Source: Octopus sinensis
Taxonomy: Eukaryota
Reading direction: 5' to 3'
Length of the DNA: 64,000 bases
Assembly (NCBI RefSeq): GCF_006345805.1
Contig: NC_043010.1
Location: 15,996,001 to 16,060,000, forward strand
In this document: in pieces, positions 39,745 through 51,683 of the stretch
How the letters are laid out: every line of letters starts with the position of its first letter
How positions within the stretch are numbered: the first letter of the stretch is position 1
Made by a program: the position numbers and the translations under genes
The notes under the pieces: model-generated
Seen by the model: the letters and a program-made list of their open reading frames with translations, nothing else
What the model was told of the DNA's origin: nothing
Databases searched by the model: none

Positions 39745-40985
39745 TAACATCTGGTTTCCTATTCTCTATCTCAAGGTCGCACTGGATCATAAAATCCCAT
39801 AGGATCTTTGCATTATCATTTTCGATGATGCCTTCGAGTTTATGTTCTACCGCTCTTTTTGCTCTGTCAAGTCCATATTTGTTGCAAAGTGTCCAATGGA
39901 CACACCTGACTATATTGTTGTGGCATCTTATATTCTTTCTGAGCTAGTGGTGTACATTGATTGGTAATATGCCAAACGGTTTCACTATTTTGCCCACAAA
40001 TTCTGCACTTATCACTTTCTGATGTGTTGTCTATTCTGTATTTGATGTAATTGTTTCTTAATGCTTGCTCTTAGACAGTACAGATTAGAGCCCCCGTTTC
40101 CGGTTTTAAATCACTTTCAGCCATCCATAGCCATCTTTTTTCTCTTTCTTATCTTCAACATCCCCACGAAATTGCCCATGCATTCTTTTCTTTATCCACC
40201 TATTTTCACGTTCAATCATTCTCAAGTCTTTGTATGCTATCAAAGTGACACTGGGGTAAAATATACAAAGCCCAAAATACCCATCATGCCTACCCGTCTG
40301 ATAAGGGTATACCAGGCATATGCCTCACAACCATATGTGCGCGACATGGTGATCTCATACCAAGATAAATACCGCATGATCTTGCAGGTGGGGGTCAAGT
40401 TAGAATTTTGTCCAGGCCGTCTAGTCCATCCCGCTCAAAAGGTCCATGAATAAGGAGTGTTTAAGGATTTGTATGGGCGATTATGGTCTAATTCTCTGAT
40501 CTCTGTGTCTATGTTGAGTGCAGTGTTTGATTAATTTGCCTCTTTCCATTGTCACTTTCGCACATATATCCAGCCCCGTGCTCATCTCGATGTCCTTGCT
40601 GAAACTATGGATAGTTTCTAGGTTTCTCTGTTCCGTGGTATTTTTAGTGAAAACTTTAGAGTCATCTATGTACAGGAGATGGTTTATTGTTTGTCAATGA
40701 TATCCATAACCCATGGTGGTTTCATTTAACAAGTTTGTTAGCGGTGTTAGAGTAAGGCAGAAAAGCAGGGGTTAGAGCGAGTCTCCTTGGAAAATCCCTC
40801 TTCTCATAGGTATAGGGCAGGTTTTAAAGACTTGTGATCAATTTGTCGATGGTTTCCCAGTTTGCCATTGCATGAGAGTTCTGTTTTAGTAGGATTGGAG
40901 CGACTTTATTTGTGTGCACAGATTCCAGTATCCATCAGTGTGGAACACTCTCGAATGCTTTCTGGTGATCAATCCAGGTCGTCGT
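39745..40985 (-). mobile_element. R4/Dong-like LINE: RT, CCHC finger and start of RLE, degenerate
   Basis: WIDHQKAFESVPH, GIFQGDSL*PLLFC, NHLLYIDD, CRKCG..ETVWHI, HDNIVRCVHWTLC, ILWDFMIQCD..IENRKPD. Confidence 0.88.
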
Positions 40986-42013
40986 CGTCTTCTTCTTCTT
41001 CTTCTTCTTCTTCTTCTTCTTCTTCTTCTTCTCTTCTTCTTCTTCTCCTCCTCCTCCTCCTCCTCCTTCTTCTTCTGCTTCTTCTCCTCCTCCTCCTCCT
41101 CCTCCTCCTTCTTCTTCTTCTTCTTCTTCTTCTCCTCCTCGTCCTCCTCCTTCTTCTTCTTCTTCTTCTTCTTCTTTTTCTCCTCTTCCCCTTCTCCTCC
41201 CTCTTTTCCTTCCCCCTCCCCCTTCTTCTTCTCTTCCTCCTCCTCCTTTTCTTCCTCTTCCTCCTCCTCCTCCTCCTCCTCCTTTTCCTCCTCCTTCTTT
41301 TTCTCCACCCCCTCCTTCTCCTCCTCCTCCTCCTCCCTTTCTTCTCCTTCTTCGTTGTGGTGGTGGTGGTGATAGTTTTGGCATTAGTGTTGGCTGTGAT
41401 AATTGTAATGTTAATGGTGGTGGCGGTGGTGGTATCTGTGGTGGTGAATGTGCTGTTAGTGGAAGTAGTGGTTGTTTGTTTTAGCGATTATTGTGGTACT
41501 GGCGGTGGTTGGGTGGGTGGGTGGGAGACAGAACTATTGTCTATAGAGTTCGTAGTGATGGTCAGCAGGATTGTCAATAGCATTGATTATAGTTGTCATG
41601 ATAGAGAAGGTGGTGATAGTGGTGTTAGCGGTGGCGACGGTGGCCGCTGTAAGGTTGTGAATAGGATCTGTAGGGGGCCGAGTGACGGTGGTAGCATTGT
41701 TGGTTATGATAGTGATGGTGGTTCTGATGATTTTTGTTGTAGTAGTAGTAGTAGTAGTAGTAGAAGTAGTAGTAGTAGTAGTAGTAGCTGTAGTAGTAGT
41801 AGTAGTAGTAGCTGTAATAGTAGTAGTGGTAGTGTTGTTGTTGTTGTTGTTGTTGGTAGTAGTAGTGGTAGTGTTGCTGTTGTTGTTGGTGGTAGTAGTA
41901 GTGGTGGTGGTGGTGGTGGTGGTGGTGGTAGTAGTAGTAGTGGTGGTGGTGGTGGTGGTAGTAATAGTAGTGGGGTGGTGGTGGTGGTAGTAGTAGTGGT
42001 GGTGGTGGTGGTG

Positions 42014-42044
<31 letters not shown>

Positions 42045-42365
42045 AAACAGCAGATGATGATGGCGTACAGTGATTAGTATGGCCGTAGTGTTATTGGGTT
42101 AAGTTGGTGACGGAGGTGGTGTGGTGGCCTTAATGCAGGCATCGGTGGTGTAGATGGTGTTGGACGTGATGATGATTGTAATATGAGATGATATTGTTGT
42201 TATTGATGATGATGATGATGATGATAGTGACGGTAATGATGGTAGTGGTGGTGGTGGTGGATGGTGGATGGTGACACAGGTGGTTGCGGATATAGTGGAG
42301 TGACCAAACGATTAGTGGTGGCGGCGGCGGCGGCGGTGGTGGTGGTGGTGGTGGTAGTGGTGGTA
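40986..42365. repeat. Trinucleotide low-complexity tracts (CTT/CTC, GGT, AGT, GAT)
   Basis: Direct inspection. Confidence 0.93.
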
Positions 42366-42369
42366 GGGG

Positions 42370-42520
42370 TGGGAGAGGTGCGTCGGATTGGTGACAGGGG
42401 GGCGGAGAAAAAAAGAACGGAAAGAAAATCTGTGGAATCGCCGAGCGAATTGCGAGTTAGTGGGCGTGGCCTCCGAGACGAATGGGTGTGTCCCGGAAGT
42501 AACCATGGTGACAGCACATG
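42370..42520. promoter_or_regulatory. CpG-rich promoter-like island: CCAAT, GC boxes, ETS site, RFX X-box
   Basis: ATTGG 42387-42391; GGGCGG ~42400; GGGCGTGGC 42462-42470; CCGGAAGT 42493-42500 overlapping GTAACCATGGTGAC 42499-42512. Confidence 0.55.
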
Positions 42521-42596
42521 TCAGTGACAATTGATGCCATTTCTGTGACACAAGACTTGAACAATCATTCCATTCATTGAATAAGAGTCCATGCTG

Positions 42597-42599
<3 letters not shown>

Positions 42600-42648
<49 letters not shown>

Positions 42649-42841
42649 CAAAAAGAAACGCGTGTGTAACTATTTGTGTATGCATGTGTATTGTTGACGC
42701 CATATGTGTGTGTGAGCGTGTATGTGCGTAATACATACATACATATATATATATATGTGTGTGTGTGTGTATATATATATATGTATGTGTGTATATATAT
42801 GTATATGTATGTGTATGTATGTGCATATATATATATATGTA

Positions 42842-42905
<64 letters not shown>

Positions 42906-43190
42906 TGTATGTATGTATGTGTGTGTGTATATATATATGTATATATGTGTATATATATATATATATACATATATACATATATATATACACACACACATAC
43001 ATACATACATACATATATATATAATACACACACAACATACATATATATATATATATGCACATACATACACTACATATATATATATACACACATACATATA
43101 TATATATGTATGTGTGTGTATATATATATGATGTGTGTATATATATATGTATGTATATATATATATATATAATATATATATATATATGAC
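42600..43190. repeat. (GT)n/(TA)n/(TATG)n microsatellite
   Basis: Direct inspection. Confidence 0.95.
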
Positions 43191-43516
43191 AGAACTTATG
43201 CTCTGGGATAAACATATATATAAAGATGTGAGTGTATATAATATGATAATATAAGTATATGTTTGTGGGTGTATGTTTTTTGTTGACGTGCGTAGACAGA
43301 TAATCAGACAGACAGAATGAAACTAATAGAACAATGAACTAATAACAGCATGAATAGACTGATACACAAATATATACATCCACCCCCATTAACACAAATA
43401 TATATATGTACGTATACATACATACATGCATGCATATATGTGTATGTATGTGTGTGTGTGCATGTATTATACAAACATACGCACATACATATATATGTAT
43501 GTGTTATATGTACATA

Positions 43517-43980
43517 TACACTATTTGTACAGGTATAGGCGTAGGAGTGGCTGTGTGGTAAGTTGCTTGCTTACCAACCACATGGTTCCGGGTTCAGTCC
43601 CACTGCGTGGCACCTTGGGCGAGTGTCTTCTACTATAGCCTCGGGCCGACCAATGCCTTGTGAGTGGATTTGGTAGACGGATTTGGTAGACGGATTGGTA
43701 GACGGAAACTGAAAGAAGCCCGTCGTGTATATGTATATATATATGTGTGTGTGTGTGTGTTTGTGTTTGTGTGTCTGTGTTTGTCCCCCCCCCCCCAACA
43801 TCGCTTGACAACCGATGCTGGTGTGTTTACGTCCCCGTAACTTAGCGGTTCGGCAAAAGAGACCGATAGAATAAGTACTAGGCTTACAAAGAATAAATCC
43901 TGGGGTCGATTTGCTCGACAAAAGGCGGTGTTCTAGCATGGCTGCAGTCAAATGACTGAAACAAGTAAAAGAGTAAAGAG
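43517..43980 (+). mobile_element. SINE family B
   Basis: Full head, microsatellite and tail. Confidence 0.9.
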
Positions 43981-44157
43981 AGCATATATGTAATATACAC
44001 ACGTATAAGCATAAAGATATCTACATAAGTATACACACACACACACATGACCACTTACATACATATACAGATTTCTCTCTACCTGTGTTTATGTTTCTCC
44101 GATGTAAAAGTAGTGTCATGTTAGAAAGAGTAAACTCAGTGATTTAATAAATTGAAG

Positions 44158-44610
44158 GAATCTTTTCGGTTTGAACGGCAGTTTTTTCTAGCGGTGTCAT
44201 ATGAAATTGTCACCCATAATTATGACCCTAGTATCGATCTATTGCATTTCAATCTCTTTTAGGGTTAGTTAGGGTTAGGGTTAGGGTTATGGTTATGGTT
44301 AGGATTAGGGGTGGGGGGAAGGCTATCTTTTTTTCTTCACAAATGTAAATAAACCAAATCAGTTTCTTAAACGTGGGACATATTCATACGGGACAGAATG
44401 CTTTTTAACTCAATGGACATCAGTGATTGGTTGAAATTGCAGAAATTGAAGAAGAAAAAAACAACAAATATCTTACAAACTATAGAATTTTCTCAATAAA
44501 GCCAAGAGAAAAAGATGTTTTATAAACACATTCTACCAGTATACGAAGTTTAAATTTTTTTAGTTACCTAGAAATTATGTTAAAAACTGCCGGTCAAACC
44601 GAAAAGATCC
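44158..44610 (-). mobile_element. MITE full copy, TSD aattgaag
   Basis: aattgaag at 44150-44157 and 44611-44618. Internal tract ttagggttagttagggttagggttagggttatggttatgg. Confidence 0.93.
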
Positions 44611-44890
44611 AATTGAAGATCAGCATCAATGCTGGGGCTGACATCTTAATTATTAAAGATTATCTGAATATATAAACACACACACGCACGCATACAAACG
44701 CACGCACACATACACACATACGCACTTTTCCCAGTTTTCTTAATCCCAATTTGTTAGAATGAAACTGACGTAGTTCAGTTAACGAACACCGTTAATAATT
44801 CTACATATAATAAATCTAATGTTACGTGGTTTTCGGGCTAAACTTGACGATTTTTAATATTTCCTGTTTTCAGAAACAACTTCATGTATT

Positions 44891-45226
44891 CTTCTTCTTC
44901 TTCTTCTTACAGCATTCACCCGGGGTGGGTTGAGCTGGCTTCATCCATCCTCAATGCTGCATCTCTCACAAACGTCGACCAGGCCTGGCGATTTGAGGCT
45001 AACGACCGCATGATCTCCAACCACTCCTTATTCCAGCGGCGAACGCCGTAGATTATGGGGGCCTAGGTTGGGTTCCAGATAAGCCTTGACTGTCATCAGC
45101 CAGGTTTTTCGTTGTCCACCACATCGCTTTCGCCAACCCTGAAGGGGAGCTGGGGCAATTGCTTCATAGATGAATTCTCCTGGTTGACGACGGAGGGCAT
45201 GACCCAGCCAACGCAGACGTCTACAC
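44891..45226 (-). mobile_element. 5'-truncated RTE-type LINE 3' end with (GAA)n tail and 14-bp TSD
   Basis: RRLRWLGHALRR...GGQRKTW...RQAWSTFVRD. TSD caacttcatgtatt at 44877-44890 and 45227-45240. Confidence 0.9.
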
Positions 45227-45240
45227 CAACTTCATGTATT

Positions 45241-45625
45241 GGCGGACAGTCAACGGCTTTGTAAAGCCATTGCCTGAAAGCATCGTGGTGTCAGCACTCC
45301 AGCCCGACCTGGTTTTGCTAGATGAGGGTCAGAGACGTGTGGTCCTTGGGGAGCTGACCGTGCCATGGGAAGAGAGCATTACTGAGGCCCATGAGCCGAA
45401 GCTGTTGGGCTATGAAGAGCTGGTAGCTGAGATTCGGGAGAAGGGTTACATCTGTGAGCTGGTTGCGTTCGAGGTTGGCTGTAGGGGTTTCCCAGCAGCT
45501 TCTCAGAAGGTTTCTGAAGGTGGCTGGTGTATCTGCTGCAAGGAGGATCATCAAGGAACGCGGGGAGAAAGCAGTCGAGGGTAGTGCTTGGATGACCAGG
45601 AGGTTTGTGAAAGCGTATATGACCA
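45241..45625 (+). mobile_element. HERO/NeSL-like LINE restriction-like endonuclease C-terminus
   Basis: SALQPDLVLLD...VVLGELTVPWEE..EAHE.K..GY..L...FEVGCRGF...SAW (PD-(D/E)xK RLE motifs). Confidence 0.85.
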
Positions 45626-46249
45626 CAGAATACACCTGGCTGTTGCGGGCCCACTGTGTGGAGAGATACTGAGCATAATGGGTCAAAATCTCGGTGAAGC
45701 ACGGCACTCAGCTGGTGATTACAGCCAGAGGAGAAATGGAGCACTCGGCGTTTTACTTTTACTGAGAAAAAATAAGCTTTGGCACATACCTCCTGGCCTA
45801 TGTCAAAATATTTGTTGTATGTCGGTTGTATGTCTGAGAAAGGATAAAACTATAGTTTCAATCGGGAACTAGATTGCCATTTAGAGACGATGGTCTATTA
45901 GATATCTTTACGGTTGTTAGTGGATCACTGATTATCCCCCTTTTTTGTTCTTTCTTGTTTTCGCTGTAATTATCTCTTCATCATTACACGTTGAAAGTGT
46001 AGCACAGCAGGTTGCTACTGTTTGGAAACGCGCTAGTTTTTCATCTATTTGTAAACGGGGTCGAAAGATATTTCTTGTTTTCGCTTAATTTTCCCAATAT
46101 TTGGGGACATTCAACTCCAAGTTGTACTTTACTCCAACAAATATAACACGGCTTTCTGCATCAATCTGATGCCCTTTACTTGCAGAACTTTACTGGGTAC
46201 AGTTCTAGAGTGGCTATGTGATATGTATGTACACACACATATATATATT

Positions 46250-46472
46250 TGCTGGCAGAAACGTTAGCACGCCGGGCGAAATGCGTGGCCGTATTTCGTC
46301 TGCCGTTACGTTCTGAGTTCAAATTCCGCCGAGGTCGACTCTGCCTTTATCCTTTCGGGGTCGATTAAATTAAGTACCAGTTGCGCACTGGGGTCGATGT
46401 AATCGACTTAATCTATTTATCTGTCCTTGTTTGTCCCCTCTGTGTTTAGCCCCTTGTGGGTAGTAAAGAAAT
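46250..46472 (+). mobile_element. SINE family A monomer
   Basis: Head and body. Confidence 0.9.
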
Positions 46473-47123
46473 ATATGTGATATCCAGAGCAAGTATATTA
46501 TCCCAATAGGCCACGGCTGGACTGGAAACCAGAACATCCCCAAATACCACATTTCATCCTTGTATGAATATCAAGATGACTAATGGTTTCGTTTTTACTA
46601 GAATGTAAATAAAATTGAAAACTAGATTCGAACCAGAATTTAAAAGCAATCTTCTGTATTAAAGTAGTCAAGCAGCGAACCTTACCAGAAATAGTAGCTA
46701 AATACCCGCCACTTACACCGTTTCTTCAATAAGTTTGCCATACATCTGTTCGAGCAGGACTGACCTGCGACTAAACAACATCAAACACTAAGATAAAAAA
46801 TGTAACGCTACCGAAATAAATAAAAAGGTTTCGGAGAAGGAAAAAAAATATAATTTCCGATCAGACAAGTTTATATTGACTAGAATCCATCTGATCACTA
46901 AAACAGCGTCAAATTCAATAGTGTGTCTTTGTTTTATTATTATTATTATTTTTTTCTTCATCAAGCACAAATAAAACGATTCTGATCGGGAAATAATAAG
47001 TCTAAAAGACGCAATGACAGGATTTATCGTAGCGTGAAATAAGCATGACAATAACAGGACGGTGACAGTGTCAGCGAGAGAAGAAGCCTTCGAATGGAGA
47101 CACAAAGAATGCGCTTGGCTACA

Positions 47124-47660
<537 letters not shown>

Positions 47661-47905
47661 CGTATGTATTAATACTATGTGCGCGTGGGCACACCTATGT
47701 ATTTCAAACATTTATAAATTAATAGTTTGATTCAACGACCAAAATACCTGAAATGTTTATAAATATAATCAAATTTGAGTGTGAAACAATCAAAGAACAA
47801 ATTATGTTCTAGCTTCGGTGGTGTTTAAAACTGCATGCTCCTTTCGAAAATTTGATTCTTAAACGAGGATTTTTAATCACTTCAACGTTCCTGTATATAT
47901 AGTCT

Positions 47906-49201
47906 GTGCACTATCATTTAAGATAGATGCTTAATAGTGGATGAGTGTGTATGTGTGTCTATGAGTGCGTATATGTATGTGTGTTAGTGTGTGTGTGTGT
48001 ATGCGTGTATGTGAGAGAGAAATTGAAGGGGAAAGGAAAACAAAGAGTATGACGTTAGAAGCTATCGACATTTTTGTACATGTATATAAAGTTAGTCTGT
48101 ATATGAGTGTGTATGAGTGTATATGAGTGTATATGACTGTATATGAGTATATGAGTGTATATGAGTGTATATAAGTGTGTATATAAAGTATATATGAGTA
48201 TATATGAGTATATAAAGTATATATGAGTATATAAAGTATATATGATTATATGAGTGTATATGAGTGTGTATATAAAGTCAGTGCACTATTATCTAAGATA
48301 GATGCTTAAATATGGACGAGTGTGTATGTGTGTCTGTGAGTGCGTATATGTGTGTGTGAGTGTGTGTGTGTATGAGCGTGTGTGTATGTGTGTGTATATG
48401 TGAGAGAGAAACTGAAGGGGGAAAGGAAAACAAAGAGTATGACGTTAGAAGCTATCGACATTTTTGTACATGACATTATCTCCTACTCTAACACGATTTC
48501 TTTAAAACTATCAATCATTCACCATCTTTATTCTCAAATCTTTTGTTTTTTATCCTAGGAAATATCCGACCCAGAACTTTTTCATTGCGTATTATTTTGG
48601 AATTAATTTGGATTTGTTTGCATATTCTGAAAAGATTTGTTAAGAAATTGTGATTTTATTTAAAGAAAAAAATTATGTATGTACGCGTGCGCAACACATA
48701 CACAGTCAAACACATATTTATTAGGTGGGAAGGAACTTAATTCTTTGGTCTATTTAATAAAGATAATATTTCCCCTCATTGTTGATAATCCTGTTTGGAG
48801 AACTGTTGATCCCTCACAAAATGCTCCAAGTTAAAAAACAACAAACACTCAATATAATTTTTAATCTTTTCACAGTTAATAAACTGTTCTCCTTCAAAAT
48901 ACTTTAGTAATGATCTGAAAAGATGATTGTCTGTTGGATTGTCTGGCAAGAGAGTAAGGAGGATGAGGTAAAAAAAGAGAGTAAGGAGGATGAGTAGGAG
49001 ATAATGTCATGTACAAAAATGTCGATAGCTTCTAACGTCATACTCTTTGTTTTCCTTTCCCCCTTTAGGTTCTCTCTCACATATACACACATACACACAT
49101 GCTCATACACACACACACACTCACACACACACACTCAAACATACATATACGCTCTCATAGACACACATACACACTCGTCCATTATTAAGCATCTATCTTA
49201 A
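47906..49201. repeat. ~190-bp unit present twice directly and once inverted (fold-back)
   Basis: 47906-48082 and 48281-48488 are direct; 48992-49201 is the reverse complement. Confidence 0.9.
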
Positions 49202-49204
49202 TAT

Positions 49205-50150
49205 CATTTGTTGTCATAAGCTTTTCCTGAGTAACTTGGGCAATATGGGTCTTGTTATATCATGTGACAGCAACCTTCTTTCACGATTGACCAGTGAGAG
49301 CTGCTTTTCCTGCAATTCTCTGTGCAATGCTTCCAGTTGATGACAATACTTCTCCGCATTAACTGTTTTATTTTGGTTTGAGACTTCACGATTGACGACT
49401 CGCTTCATATCTAACCAAACATAGAGCAGAACATTTTCTGTGGTGTAGTCCTAGTTTCTGGATAGATTTTCCTTTCTCATTCGGTGCTAACCATTGTCGT
49501 CTTTGTTGAATCTCTCTATATATAAACGGCAAAATGTCTGCGTGTGTGTCCTTTATACAAATCCACAATTTTTCAGTTAGAGGGCTCGCACTTTCTATGG
49601 TCATTCAAAACCGTCCAAGGGTGGTCGTGCACATCTTTACATTTCCCCAGTCACCCCGCAAAGCCATTAAAAAATCAATAGAAGTGACTTTTTTGTGAAT
49701 TTTCTATCCAAAACCCAATCAAAATGCACGAAACTTGATACGCCAATTGAATGCCAGCAAGCTGTATGTGATTGGTCGGAGATTTGGACAGTACTCGCGT
49801 GTATGTGCGCACGCACGCAGCTGTATATGCATGCACTAGCAGTATGACCCGGCGTTGCCGGATCATAGTGCTAGTATGATTATAAAGGATCCACTTTTCA
49901 TATGTGACGAATCTACTCTGGAAAGATTCAGTAGCAAGTCTACTTTTCACCGACGAGCAGAGGACAACTGTTTGATTAAGTTGACAAGTAGTCAGATGAT
50001 GATGAGAGAGCCACTGACCAAGCTTAGACACTTTTTCTAGTTTATGAGCGAAGTGTGACTTGAATTGAACTTTTTTGCTAACTCTCATGCTTTTCCCTTG
50101 ACGATTGGTATTATTTTGTCCAAAATATTTTTGCTTACCCTTCCTAGGTG
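49205..50150 (-). mobile_element. Mariner transposase relic split by a Helitron
   Basis: EKVSKLGQWLSH...VTYEKWILYNH|IQQRRQW (rejoined), TVNAEKYCHQLEALHRELQEKQLSLVNR...LLSHDITRPHIA. Confidence 0.85.
49511..49874 (+). mobile_element. Non-autonomous Helitron, copy 2
   Basis: A|TC...acccggcgttgccggg...CTAG|T. Precise removal restores the mariner reading frame. Confidence 0.92.
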
Positions 50151-50948
50151 GGATTTGGTGGAGCATATTAGGCGTATGAAAGGTGTGATAATAAAGTCCT
50201 TCTTGTGATCCTTGAGGTTAAAGTGTGGAGATGCAGGGCAGTATGGTACGGTTCGATCATCAACTAGTATATATATTTTCTTCTACTACTCAGCACTGAC
50301 CTGTCCAACCACCTAATCTATATTCCTAAATTCTTCATTCCACACTACCACCCCACTCCCTTCTCCATCACTTTGACTCTATCACTACATAACTGACACT
50401 CCTTTACTTTTTATACCCCTGTCTCTCTCTTTCACCCTCATTCCTTCTATCTTTTTACACTCTAATACTTTTCTCTCTCTATCATCCTCATCTCCCCATT
50501 CCTACTTTCAAATTATCTTGACTGGCCACTAACTAGTACCCTTTCCCTTATCTCTCTCCCTGTTTTTCTTTTTTCTTTCTTTTCTTTATCTCTCTCTTCC
50601 TGTTTTTTCTTCCCTTTTTCTTCTTTTTTCTTCCCTTTTATTTCTCCCTTCTTTATTCCGCTCTTCCTGATTTCTATTTGACCTTACAAATACATTCCCT
50701 ACTTTTAGGTCACTTTAAACAAAACCCTTGATTCAATAGCACTGTGTACAAACTCTATACTTGGAATGACCAATTTTAGACACTATTTGATTTTACTCAG
50801 AAGTTATTGGAATCTTATGTGTATACCATTCTGCCTGAATAATGGATCTACAAATGCAATATCCCTGCATATCTCACATCTATTTTCACTTCACTCTCTA
50901 TTTCGTATCTTATCTAATTTAACTATTGCTAAACCATTTTCTCACACC

Positions 50949-50996
50949 GTCTCCGATGAAGGGATATAATAAATATCTTGGAAACAGCTGTAAGAC
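50949..50996 (+). ncRNA. Type I hammerhead-like motif, U4C variant, orphan
   Basis: gtct-CCGATGA-a-gggatat(aataa)atatctt-g-GAAAC-agct-GTA-agac. Confidence 0.55.
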
Positions 50997-51230
50997 CTTC
51001 TATTTATAATTGTTCTAAAATCTTCACAGCCTTGGTTTTTTTTATCTCATTCTGAAAAGAAATTCTTATATATACGCACGCTGATATATGACCTACGTTG
51101 GACTCCTCATTCGCATAATCACCGAACACGGAGCTTAACTATAGTCTATCCATAGCACTTACTCAGTATTACCTGATACCTTTGGGTCTTCTTGATACCA
51201 TTACCTCTCATAACCTCTCTCTCTCTCCAC

Positions 51231-51271
<41 letters not shown>

Positions 51272-51643
51272 CAGTGAACAGGTAGCGGTCTTATAGCGAC
51301 GAAAATATTTTGACAAATTAAACTTAAATGTTGAAGTGAATCGAACGGCTTTTTGGTGTTCTTAAATGGCTTACAAACACCTTCCACGCTGCAATTGTTT
51401 TCGTTCCAGCACACGATCACAGATCAAATCACTTGCTATGCAAGTACATCTCCGTATATATATATATTATATATATATATAGATATATATATTATATATA
51501 TATATATATAAGAAAATAGTAAAGTGTGAAAAAACGACAGAAGGCTTAAATGTTAAAAAATATATTATTTGTGTCAAAATGTCTGGAGAATATTGGAAAA
51601 AATTTTTTTCCTTCCTTAAAATGACATAATTTTAAAATTTTTA

Positions 51644-51683
51644 AAGAAATTACCGGTTTCGCGTGTAGCTTTTCAAATTTCTT
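51644..51683 (-). ncRNA. Minimal type I hammerhead ribozyme, U3-A8 variant (3' pLTR)
   Basis: aagaaat-TTGAAAA-gc(tacac)gc-GAAAC-cg-GTA-atttctt: perfect 7-bp stem I. Confidence 0.8.

Noticed and set aside
40862-42073. 403-aa poly-L/S/V/G ORF
   Set aside because: It starts inside an antisense LINE relic and runs through trinucleotide repeats, with no domain.
44263-44310. TTAGGG repeats suggesting a telomere or chromosome fusion site
   Set aside because: They are a fixed internal part of the MITE in the full copies.
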